Source of the DNA: Bacteroidota bacterium
Lineage (GTDB): Bacteria; Bacteroidota; Ignavibacteria; SZUA-365
Length of the DNA: 64,000 nt
Reading direction: 5' to 3'
Assembly (NCBI GenBank): GCA_014860565.1
Contig: JACZJN010000162.1
Location: 14,739 to 78,738 of the forward strand
Numbering within the stretch: position 1 is the first letter of the stretch; the number at the start of each line of letters is the position of its first letter. Shown here piece by piece: positions 17,598 to 25,643 of this stretch. The translations under genes and the position numbers were made by a program. A model generated the notes under the pieces. That model saw only the letters and a list, made by a program, of their open reading frames with translations. It had not been told where the DNA came from and did not search any database.

Positions 17598-19301
17598 CTA
17601 TTCTGAGGACGTCTTTACAGGGATGACGATACCGTTGGTCTCCCAGCGAGCGCGGACTCGCAGGGTGTCGCGTATAGCCCCATAGGGTTCGGGTTTTGTC
17701 CAGGGGAAAGCTTTCCCGAAATCATAGCGGTTGTTCGCATTACTGTCGATATAGGCGTCGAGCAGATACTGCCCCTCGCGCAATCCATCCAATCGGAACG
17801 CGCGAGAGGTGTCGGCGCGAGTTGTCTGAATTTTTGGTTGCCGGGAAAGTAGGCGTGCACGAACTGTCACTGCGCCTGAGGAGTCATCGGTTCGGATGCT
17901 GCCGGAGAGCGTCCCGCTCTGATCAGCTGCACCCGTAGTAAAACGGATGCATTCTACGCTGTCTCCGACGCTGCGTTCGTTAAGTGAATCGCGCAGTTCC
18001 CGCAGGTCTGCACAAATTGTGTACGCAGCTTCCGGCATGAGCGGTGGATGGAGCAGAACAATCTCCGTAGCCGAAACCCGCACCGTCGTCAGTGCGACAG
18101 GGACATCGGTTGAATCACGCAACTCGAAGGCGTTCCCGATAATCAGCGGTCGATTGAAGGAGTACTGGAAACTACTGTCAGGTTCGATATTCTTTGCGCG
18201 ATCCGTGGGAACCGTCCCAACGATGGCGGGACGGCCGGTGTCGGGCAGAACAGAGCCTGGGAAGACTTCCGCCACGTTATTCATGGAAATGAAATTCCCT
18301 GCGCCATCCTCCAGTGAATCGATGATAACCAGATATGGTTCTTCACGCAGCCTATCCCCGAGTTGGAAGTCCCATGCGAATCGCTCAGCGGCGGGTGAAA
18401 CCGCGGAAACGACCAGAAGAGAGTGACCAGTGGCGGAATCGGAAATCTGAATGTGACGCAGCGGAAGGGGTTGAGGGTATACTGTTTCGTTGAACTTGAT
18501 ACGAACGGTGCGCTCATTGATGGCTTCTATCCGTTGTATGGACGGACGCGTAGTGTCCTCCGCATGCATATAAAAACGAAGGGGTGGGGAAGGAGAAAGA
18601 GAGTCTTCCACGATGACATCATGCCCGGGAATCCCGATTTCTTCCACTTCGGCGTTGTACCGCATGTCATTGCTTTTATCCCTTACCGCGAATATCCGAT
18701 AGCTGCCTGGCGCAACGTTGTAGAAATGGAACGCACCGTCATCGGATGACTGCACGGCGTACTCCGGCCTGTCTTTCGCAGGGTTGAGCGTATCTGCACG
18801 ACCCGGAGGCAGGGCATAGGCGAACAGACTGACGCCCGACGGTGGATCACCGAAGACTGTTCCAGTGAAGCTCCCATTATCCAGACTGTCGCCTGTCGAA
18901 AAAGCGAGGTGCATCGTCTCCTTCATCATGTTTCCCCCTCGAAGGTCGCGGACCTTTGTGCCAACCGTTATCACATACGTCCGGTCTTCCAGCAGCGGTT
19001 CGGGAAAGACAATGGTGACCGTACGTCCAGACCATTCGTACGTGGGAGTCTTCTCAAGAAGGGGGGAAATGTGCACGGACTCCTGGAACGACTGGCGCTG
19101 CACATGTTCGCTGAATTCGAGCACGACCTCCTGTCCCGTAAACTTCACTGTGCCATTGGCGGGAATGGTTTCGACGATGAACGGCGCTTCAATATCGGGA
19201 GGACCGCCATCCGGGGGACGTTGCGAGGCGCAGGCCCCGAGGAAAATGAGCAGAGCCACCTGGAGTAGGAAGAGAGCATATTTTGTCGTGATGCTGCTCA
19301 T
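17598..19301 (-). CDS. Large lipoprotein with predicted Ig-like (Big/SbsA-like) β-sandwich domains.
   Basis: Start ATG 19301 lies 1 nt from the mltG stop. Lipobox LGACAS. There are repeated about 100-aa segments rich in V, T and G and lacking Cys. An upstream in-frame ATG at 19340 would overlap mltG. Confidence 0.5.
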   Translation of the reverse strand: MSSITTKYALFLLQVALLIFLGACASQRPPDGGPPDIEAPFIVETIPANGTVKFTGQEVVLEFSEHVQRQSFQESVHISPLLEKTPTYEWSGRTVTIVFPEPLLEDRTYVITVGTKVRDLRGGNMMKETMHLAFSTGDSLDNGSFTGTVFGDPPSGVSLFAYALPPGRADTLNPAKDRPEYAVQSSDDGAFHFYNVAPGSYRIFAVRDKSNDMRYNAEVEEIGIPGHDVIVEDSLSPSPPLRFYMHAEDTTRPSIQRIEAINERTVRIKFNETVYPQPLPLRHIQISDSATGHSLLVVSAVSPAAERFAWDFQLGDRLREEPYLVIIDSLEDGAGNFISMNNVAEVFPGSVLPDTGRPAIVGTVPTDRAKNIEPDSSFQYSFNRPLIIGNAFELRDSTDVPVALTTVRVSATEIVLLHPPLMPEAAYTICADLRELRDSLNERSVGDSVECIRFTTGAADQSGTLSGSIRTDDSSGAVTVRARLLSRQPKIQTTRADTSRAFRLDGLREGQYLLDAYIDSNANNRYDFGKAFPWTKPEPYGAIRDTLRVRARWETNGIVIPVKTSSE

Positions 19302-19302
19302 G

Positions 19303-20298
19303 TTATTTCCGCCTGGCTTTGCGATACGCAGCGACGGCACGGTTGTGTTCTTCTACGTTGCGGGAGAATGTATGGCCGCCATGCCCGTCCGCCACGAAAT
19401 ATAAGAAATCGTGAGTCTCGGGAGCGAGGGCGGCGAGAATGGATTCCTTTCCAGGATTGTTGACCGGCCCAGGCGGGAGACCTGGATACATGTATGTGTT
19501 GTAAGGACTGTTTATCGACAAATCCCTGTACATCAGACGGCGTGGACCATCCGGGATGATGTACTGGATCGTAGGATCGGCCTGTAGCAGCATGCCGCGG
19601 CGAAGGCGGTTGTAATACACACCTGCGACACGTGGGCGTTCATCCGCTTGGCGTGTTTCACCTTCCACAAGGGAAGCCATGATGAGGATTTCCTGCTTGG
19701 TTCTTCTCAGAGTGCGCATGCGTTGATATGCTTCTTCGGTGAAGAGACGCTCCTGATCATGGACCGCTCGTCGCAGGAGGGCGCGCGGAGTTTCGTCGTA
19801 GCGCACACGATAGGTCTCCGGCAGCAGATATCCTTCCAGCGAAGGGGCGGTCACTCCCAGTTCATGAAGGAAGGCAGGGTCACGGGAAAGCTTCAAAATG
19901 GTATCCGCCGCGAAACCGGTTTTCCTTTCGACCTCATGCGCGATCTGTCGGAGGGTTAATCCCTCACGAATCGTCACGTCATGAAATGCCTGATGGCTTC
20001 CTTCGGATAGAATGGTGAGGACATCCATCATCGAAAGATGGGGCGGGAAAAGATAGAGCCCGCTTTGGAGGTGTCGCCCTTTGTCCGATAATTTCGCCGC
20101 GACGATGAAAAGCAGATCGTTGGAAACGATATCTTGTTCCTCGAGTATCGCGGCGATGCTTCGCAGCGGTGTCCCTCGCGGTATCTCGACGGGTGTTGTT
20201 GTCCGATGTGCGCGTGGAACATGTACGGCATAGAATCCCGCTGCTATGGCGAGGGAGAAGACGGCCGCCATGGCGAGGAGTGTGTTACGAATGCGCAT
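19303..20298 (-). CDS. mltG: Endolytic murein transglycosylase MltG (YceG-like).
   Basis: N-terminal TM (LLAMAAVFSLAIAAGFYAV). The YceG-like catalytic region reads LASLVEGETR...RPRVAGVYYNRLRRGMLLQADPTIQY. The start overlaps the tsaD stop. Confidence 0.85.
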   Translation of the reverse strand: MRIRNTLLAMAAVFSLAIAAGFYAVHVPRAHRTTTPVEIPRGTPLRSIAAILEEQDIVSNDLLFIVAAKLSDKGRHLQSGLYLFPPHLSMMDVLTILSEGSHQAFHDVTIREGLTLRQIAHEVERKTGFAADTILKLSRDPAFLHELGVTAPSLEGYLLPETYRVRYDETPRALLRRAVHDQERLFTEEAYQRMRTLRRTKQEILIMASLVEGETRQADERPRVAGVYYNRLRRGMLLQADPTIQYIIPDGPRRLMYRDLSINSPYNTYMYPGLPPGPVNNPGKESILAALAPETHDFLYFVADGHGGHTFSRNVEEHNRAVAAYRKARRK

Positions 20299-21313
20299 CG
20301 AACAGTGTGTCTCCGATTCGAGCAAACGCCGGCGCGTGCAGCGTGCCCTTTCCCTCCAGGTCACATTGCAGCGATGCGAGACGTGCGACCATGGCGGCAT
20401 TATCAGTGGAGTAAATCATGTCGGGGATGAATACGCGGACGGAATGGTCCGATCCTGCCGCCCGCAGTCGACGTTGAAGCTCGCTATTGGCGGATACACC
20501 GCCGACAAGTGCGATATCCCGGATACCATTATCCGTTGCAGCGCGAATGGCCTTGCCGATGAGCACATCCACCACGGCGCGCTGGAAGCTCGCGCAGATG
20601 TCGTTTCGTTCGTTGTCGGTGAGGGAGAGTGCGCCAGCAGTCGCCAGGCGACGAAGGTGGTAGAGGACAGCGGTTTTCAGTCCGGAAAAACTGAAGCGAA
20701 AATCATTGCTGTCAAGCAGCGGACGAGGGAAGGAGTGGGCAGTTGCATTCCCGAGCGCCGCACAACGATCTATCGCTGGACCACCTGGGAAACCCAGGTC
20801 CATCATTTTTGCAACCTTGTCGAAGGCTTCTCCCGCCGCGTCGTCAATAGTGCTGCCGAGCAACGCATACTCACCTATGGCGTCGACACGTACGAGCAGC
20901 GTGTGTCCGCCAGAAACGACAAGTCCGAGAAAAGGAAATTCCGGATGCGGATCCTGGAGAAACGTCGAAAACAGATGCGCTTCAATATGATGCACCGGGA
21001 GAAAGGGAATGTCCAGACTGACGGACAAAGACTTGCCCACATTGAGTCCTACGAGAAGAGAGCCGATCAGACCAGGGCCCTGGGTGGCGGCAACGGCATC
21101 AAGCTCGGATACCCCGATCCGCGCTTCACGGAGAGCCTCGCGCACGATGGGCAGCACTGCGCGAAGATGAGCGCGGGATGCGAGTTCAGGAACGACGCCC
21201 CCATACTCACTATGGAAATATTGGGACGAGATAATGTTGGATAGAAGCACGCCATCTCTGACCACAGCGGCGGATGTTTCATCGCAGGAGGATTCAATGC
21301 CGAGAATGGTCAC
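20285..21313 (-). CDS. tsaD: tRNA N6-adenosine threonylcarbamoyltransferase (Kae1/TsaD).
   Basis: MTILGIESSCDETSAAVV, the metal-binding HHIEAH motif, and GGVSANSELQ. Confidence 0.9.
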   Translation of the reverse strand: MTILGIESSCDETSAAVVRDGVLLSNIISSQYFHSEYGGVVPELASRAHLRAVLPIVREALREARIGVSELDAVAATQGPGLIGSLLVGLNVGKSLSVSLDIPFLPVHHIEAHLFSTFLQDPHPEFPFLGLVVSGGHTLLVRVDAIGEYALLGSTIDDAAGEAFDKVAKMMDLGFPGGPAIDRCAALGNATAHSFPRPLLDSNDFRFSFSGLKTAVLYHLRRLATAGALSLTDNERNDICASFQRAVVDVLIGKAIRAATDNGIRDIALVGGVSANSELQRRLRAAGSDHSVRVFIPDMIYSTDNAAMVARLASLQCDLEGKGTLHAPAFARIGDTLFDAHS

Positions 21314-21316
21314 GCG

Positions 21317-22615
21317 TCAGGTTGTCTTGTAGTAGTGGAGAGGATTCGGCAGAAGATGACATTCCTCCGCGATGCGAATCGTGGAGGCGATGCGGCCCGC
21401 GCTGCGAAGAATATACATTTGTGGCACGATTTTGTCGCGAAGACCAACTGGGGTTATCGGATTAATGAAAATATTCGTCCCGCCTTCGAACCCTGCTGGA
21501 GTGTTGATGCGCAGTTTGATGAACACATGCCAGGGGATTTTGAAAATGCTGTCCATCGGTGTGTGATGCCATTCTTCGTTCACCGATGTATCTCCGCTGA
21601 CGGCTGCGTGCACGGCGCGGACAAGATCGCTCATCCCGCGAACTTCGAGATCGGTGTGATCGCCTGGCCTGGCATTGATGCTTTTGGAAAAAATCTCGAT
21701 GGTGGGATAGCGATGGCCGATGCCGACAAACGCAAGTGCGTAGTCGTTTTCAGCAAACACAAGATTGTTATGTCCTGCGAAATTCGGTCCGTACGCGTTG
21801 TAAACATTTTTATCCTGCACCACCATCTTGATCTGCCGTTCCATCGATTCGCCCCACTCGTCGATGGCGACAATCTGTGTGTGCAGGTGATCAAAGGTCG
21901 CGCCAGCAGGCCGCAGCCAGTTTTTGAAGACACTGATGGAGCGGACGTAGCGATTGTTGCTCGCAATATCCTCCATCGCATCGATGATGAAGGTGTAGTA
22001 CTGGAAATGCTCCTCATCCGACATGTCTGCCGTGGAAAACAGTGCGGTGGGGCGGCCTTCTCCCAGTTTGAAATGCGGTGCCACAGTGATCATCTCATGA
22101 CCTCCGCCGAAGAAGGCATCCGCGAACAGGAATTTCTCTTCTGCCGTTATAGCGGCGATTTCCTCATCCGATTTTCCTGTTCTCCGCAGCTTGTAGTCGA
22201 GCAGATCCATCACGTGCTTCAAGCCGACTTCTTGAGCCAGATAATCTTCCTTCCATCGAAGATTGCGTGCAGAAAGCTTGTAATTATAGTTTCTTCGCCA
22301 GTAATCGACGGAGAGAATCTCGAAGAGGTTGGAAATCCGACGGAAAACGGGAGTCGTGGAGTAGTAGTCGGCGGGAGAGACTCTGTGCAGGGTTTGATAC
22401 CGGCCGGAATCCAGAATCACCCTGGCTTTTTCAGGGGCAGTTTCGAAATAGCGCGCACGACAAAACGCGCAATACGACTCCGGATCCTGCCTCTCAACGG
22501 AGTAAGATTCAGGAGATCGAAGTGTATCGCTCAGCGGCTTGTTTCCACGTCCCGATACAGACCAGACCTCGACACCCGAAAACGGGTTGACCTGTTTGAC
22601 TGTGCCGTCGGCCAT
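21317..22615 (-). CDS. GalT-like HIT-superfamily nucleotidyltransferase (DUF4921-like; galactose-1-phosphate uridylyltransferase family).
   Basis: The N-terminus VNPFSGVEVWSVSGRGNKP resembles the GalT NPxSGxW..VSP.R..RP block. A Zn-site-like CAFC is present, and a His-x-His-x-Gln motif FDHLHTQIVAI. A TTG at 22654 is an alternative start. Confidence 0.6.
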   Translation of the reverse strand: MADGTVKQVNPFSGVEVWSVSGRGNKPLSDTLRSPESYSVERQDPESYCAFCRARYFETAPEKARVILDSGRYQTLHRVSPADYYSTTPVFRRISNLFEILSVDYWRRNYNYKLSARNLRWKEDYLAQEVGLKHVMDLLDYKLRRTGKSDEEIAAITAEEKFLFADAFFGGGHEMITVAPHFKLGEGRPTALFSTADMSDEEHFQYYTFIIDAMEDIASNNRYVRSISVFKNWLRPAGATFDHLHTQIVAIDEWGESMERQIKMVVQDKNVYNAYGPNFAGHNNLVFAENDYALAFVGIGHRYPTIEIFSKSINARPGDHTDLEVRGMSDLVRAVHAAVSGDTSVNEEWHHTPMDSIFKIPWHVFIKLRINTPAGFEGGTNIFINPITPVGLRDKIVPQMYILRSAGRIASTIRIAEECHLLPNPLHYYKTT

Positions 22616-22734
22616 GGTGTGGTAGTAGAAATGATAGTCCAAAACCGCATCCAATACCGGGTGTGAAAGGGACAGTGTTTTATGTTTCGGATGGGCGGAC
22701 TAGCCGCCACAATCCTCCCAGAACAGCGTCAGTT

Positions 22735-22926
22735 TCAGGATTCGTCGGAGGTGCGCTTGGCGCGGCGGACGGCCTTCTGCTTTTTCATTCGCTTCTTGAT
22801 GGAAGGCTTGGTATAATAAGTCCGCTTCTTGAATTCTTTCAGAATGCCCGAACGCTCGTACTTTTTCTTGAAGCGCTTGATAGCGCGGTCGATGGGTTCG
22901 TTTTCCTGGACGATGATGCCGATCAA
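22735..22926 (-). CDS. rpsU: 30S ribosomal protein S21.
   Basis: 63 aa from a TTG start with an AGGAG RBS. The basic S21 signature reads IDRAIKRFKKKYERSGILKEFKKRTYYTKPSIKKRMKKQKAVRRAKR. Confidence 0.85.
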   Translation of the reverse strand: MIGIIVQENEPIDRAIKRFKKKYERSGILKEFKKRTYYTKPSIKKRMKKQKAVRRAKRTSDES

Positions 22927-23092
22927 GTAGTGTCTCCTAGCTAACTGGTTATAAGTCAGTCAATTATCATTCAGAATTGAAAAATAACACGAGGAGATTT
23001 CATAGTCAAGTGAAACCGGCATCGGATATCCATCTGATCGAAAATTCTCCTCAGACCGAACTATGCTTCCGCATACCTGTGTTGTAGAATAA

Positions 23093-24307
23093 ATGATACA
23101 TTTCAAGAGAATCCAACGTATTACGGAAGAGTCCCGGCAGACAGCATTACTGGCGCTGCTCGGTTTCGCCAGCACCCTGTCCACCGCCGTGGTATTCCCG
23201 AACATCGGAACGTTTGTGCGAGACCGCTTTGTACTCTCAGATACCGCGGCATCGCTTTTTGCTGTCTCCTATCTGGTGCCGCACATTATTTTCGCGTTTG
23301 TATGGGGAGCCGTGGCCGATCGGTCTGGACGAAAGCGTGAAATGCTGGTGCTCGGATATGTTATCACCGCGATATTCCATTTTGCTCTCCCGTTCGTCAA
23401 TAATTATCCTTTCCTCCTGCTGCTTCGATTTGGTGAGGGAGCGATGAGCATCCTCGGTTTCTCCATTGTTATGGCGCTGGCAGTGGATATCGCGAAGAAG
23501 GGACACTATGGACGCGTCATGGGAACCCTGGGGGGAGCAATCGCGCTGGGGACGACGCTCGCCTTTCCACTCGGAGGAGCGCTTGGTGTAAGATCGATGG
23601 TGCTCCTCTGCAGTGTCGGTGCGCTGATACTTCTTCTCTGTGCCGTTCTCGGATATCGCTACCTCGATGTCAGTGCTTCGGGAAGGGCACGTTCTCTACG
23701 CGATGCGTTCCTTGTCTTGCGCGAGCGGCCGATACTCTCCATCCCGTATGCCTTCACATTCGTCGACCGCTTCACCGTCGGCTTTTTTGCCGTTACCTTC
23801 CCTTTGTACGCTTCGTCGGTGTTCGGAATGAATGCCGCGGAGAGTGGACGTCTGCTTGCAGGGTATCTGCTGCCATTCTCACTGCTGACGATGCCCGTCG
23901 GCCGCCTGGTTGATCGAATCGGGGGCGTTCGGCTTATGCTCGCTGGATCGGTTTTCTACGGTGGGGCTGTCATGCTCGTTGGATTTGTGCCAGGCTGGGC
24001 TTTGCTGCCTCTGATGGTTGTCTGTGGTATTCTCGCCTCGGTGATGTATGCACCGAGCTTATGGCTCGCTGCCGCGAATGCGCCCGAGAAGAAGAGAGCC
24101 TCGACGATGGGTGGCTTCAATGCAGCAGGCTCCATCGGATTTGCGCTTGGGCCGATAGCGGGGGCTTTGATCAGTGACGCATTCAGCTATTCTGCGGCGT
24201 TTCTTGCGGCAGGAATTACGGAGATTCTGTGTGTCGCCATTCTGTATCCGATCCTGCGAAAGGTACTGCGAACACCAATGCCATCGATCGTGGAGCAGAC
24301 AGCATAA
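23093..24307 (+). CDS. MFS transporter.
   Basis: 404 aa with about 12 predicted TM helices. The MFS loop-2/3 motif GAVADRSGRKREMLVLG is present. Confidence 0.8.
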   Translation: MIHFKRIQRITEESRQTALLALLGFASTLSTAVVFPNIGTFVRDRFVLSDTAASLFAVSYLVPHIIFAFVWGAVADRSGRKREMLVLGYVITAIFHFALPFVNNYPFLLLLRFGEGAMSILGFSIVMALAVDIAKKGHYGRVMGTLGGAIALGTTLAFPLGGALGVRSMVLLCSVGALILLLCAVLGYRYLDVSASGRARSLRDAFLVLRERPILSIPYAFTFVDRFTVGFFAVTFPLYASSVFGMNAAESGRLLAGYLLPFSLLTMPVGRLVDRIGGVRLMLAGSVFYGGAVMLVGFVPGWALLPLMVVCGILASVMYAPSLWLAAANAPEKKRASTMGGFNAAGSIGFALGPIAGALISDAFSYSAAFLAAGITEILCVAILYPILRKVLRTPMPSIVEQTA

Positions 24308-24334
24308 AAAAAGAGGCATGGAAGCCTCTTTTTA
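24305..24334. terminator. Intrinsic terminator that could act in both directions, between the convergent MFS gene and the mgl-like gene.
   Basis: AAAAAAGAGGC-ATGGAA-GCCTCTTTTTAT: a 7-bp GC stem flanked by A-runs and T-runs. Confidence 0.75.
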
Positions 24335-24356
24335 TCACAGAATGGAATAAACGAAA

Positions 24357-25541
24357 TCAGCAGAGCTGAAGCGCCGCATCCAGGTCAGCAATAATTTCAT
24401 CGACATCCTCAATCCCGACAGAAAGCCGCACCAGCCCATCGGTAATCGCTGCCTGCTCACGCTGCTCCTTTCCCATGCTCGCATGCGTCATGGAAGCCGG
24501 ATGCTGGATCAGGCTTTCGACCCCGCCCAGACTTACTGCCAACTGGCATAGATGCATGTTGTTCATGAGCGTTATTCCCGATTCGAGTCCACCCGCCAAT
24601 TCGAACGCGATCATTGCTCCGTGTCCGCTCATCTGTTTGAGACCGATTTCATACTGCGGATGGCTGGGGAGACCGGGATAGCGCACCCATTCCACCTTCG
24701 GATGCTGCTCGAGGAAACGTGCCACATGCATGGCGCTTTCGCTCGCACGCTGCACACGCAAGGCGAGCGTCTTCAGTCCACGGTGCACGAGGAAGGAATT
24801 GAACGGATCGATGACACCGCCGATCTGATTGAGTGTCTTCCGGAATTGGGGGTACATCTCTTCGTCCTTGACGACGACGACACCACCGACGACGTCGGCA
24901 TGTCCATTGAGAGATTTCGTCAAACTGTGGACAATCACATCAGTTCCGTGCTCAAACGGGCGCTGCATCGCCGGTCCCATAAATGTGTTATCCACCACGA
25001 GCAGAGCGCCATTCGCATGTGCAATCTTGGAGATGGCGTCCAGGTCACTGATAACAAGCGTCGGATTGCCTGGTGTTTCCACGTAAATCACTTTTGTGTT
25101 CGGGGTAACTGCCTTCTTGACCGCCTCGAGGTTAGAGGTATCGACAAAGGTTGAATCCACGCCGAAACCCTGCATGACGGTTTTCAGAAGGGTCGAGGTT
25201 GGACCGTAAACAGATTCACTGCAGACTACATGATCCCCGCATTTGAGAATGGCTGCAAAGGCAGTATGAACGGCAGCCATACCGCTACCGCATCCGAGTG
25301 CACGCGCTCCGCCTTCAAGGATTGCAATCGCGTCTTCCATTGCTTCGACAGTTGGATTACGCATTCGTGTGTAGATGTACCCTTCTTCGACACCCGAGAA
25401 GAGATTCGCACCATGCTGGACATCCCTGAATTTGAAAGTGGATGTCTGATAAATCGGTGTGACCACGGCGCCATGCTCGTTTTCTTTCGTGCCGGCATGG
25501 ACAGCCTGTGTTTCAAATTTCTTGTTCCGGATTTCTTTCAC
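24357..25541 (-). CDS. PLP-dependent Cys/Met-metabolism enzyme, most like methionine γ-lyase.
   Basis: The N-terminus FETQAVHAG matches the family. The PLP-lysine region reads DVIVHSLTKSLNGHADVVGGVVVV, and the C-terminus has VRLSVGIEDVDEIIADLDAAL. Confidence 0.8.
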   Translation of the reverse strand: MKEIRNKKFETQAVHAGTKENEHGAVVTPIYQTSTFKFRDVQHGANLFSGVEEGYIYTRMRNPTVEAMEDAIAILEGGARALGCGSGMAAVHTAFAAILKCGDHVVCSESVYGPTSTLLKTVMQGFGVDSTFVDTSNLEAVKKAVTPNTKVIYVETPGNPTLVISDLDAISKIAHANGALLVVDNTFMGPAMQRPFEHGTDVIVHSLTKSLNGHADVVGGVVVVKDEEMYPQFRKTLNQIGGVIDPFNSFLVHRGLKTLALRVQRASESAMHVARFLEQHPKVEWVRYPGLPSHPQYEIGLKQMSGHGAMIAFELAGGLESGITLMNNMHLCQLAVSLGGVESLIQHPASMTHASMGKEQREQAAITDGLVRLSVGIEDVDEIIADLDAALQLC

Positions 25542-25548
25542 TTGGTTC

Positions 25549-25578
25549 CTCCAGAAATAATGCGTCTGCGTCAGACGC
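25549..25578 (-). terminator. Candidate terminator or attenuator hairpin downstream of the β-barrel operon and just upstream of the mgl-like RBS.
   Basis: Minus strand GCGUCUG-ACG-CAGACGC followed by AUUAUUUCU and then GGAGG-ATG of the next gene. Confidence 0.4.
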
Positions 25579-25643
25579 TGAATGTGATTTGTTATGCGGG
25601 TGATGATACGGTCTGAACCCTGCGCGTTGCTGATGCATAGGGG

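Noticed and set aside
20246-21244. 332-aa plus-strand ORF.
   Set aside because: It is antisense to tsaD.
21335-22666. 443-aa plus-strand ORF.
   Set aside because: It is fully antisense to the GalT-like gene, which has recognisable motifs on the minus strand. It is a typical high-GC shadow ORF.
24552-25154. 200-aa plus-strand ORF.
   Set aside because: It is antisense to the methionine γ-lyase-like gene.
25542-25643. SAM or methionine riboswitch upstream of the mgl-like gene.
   Set aside because: The leader is only about 100 nt. I could not recognise SAM-I, SAM-II or SAM-VI conserved cores. Only a simple hairpin, reported as a terminator or attenuator candidate, is evident.
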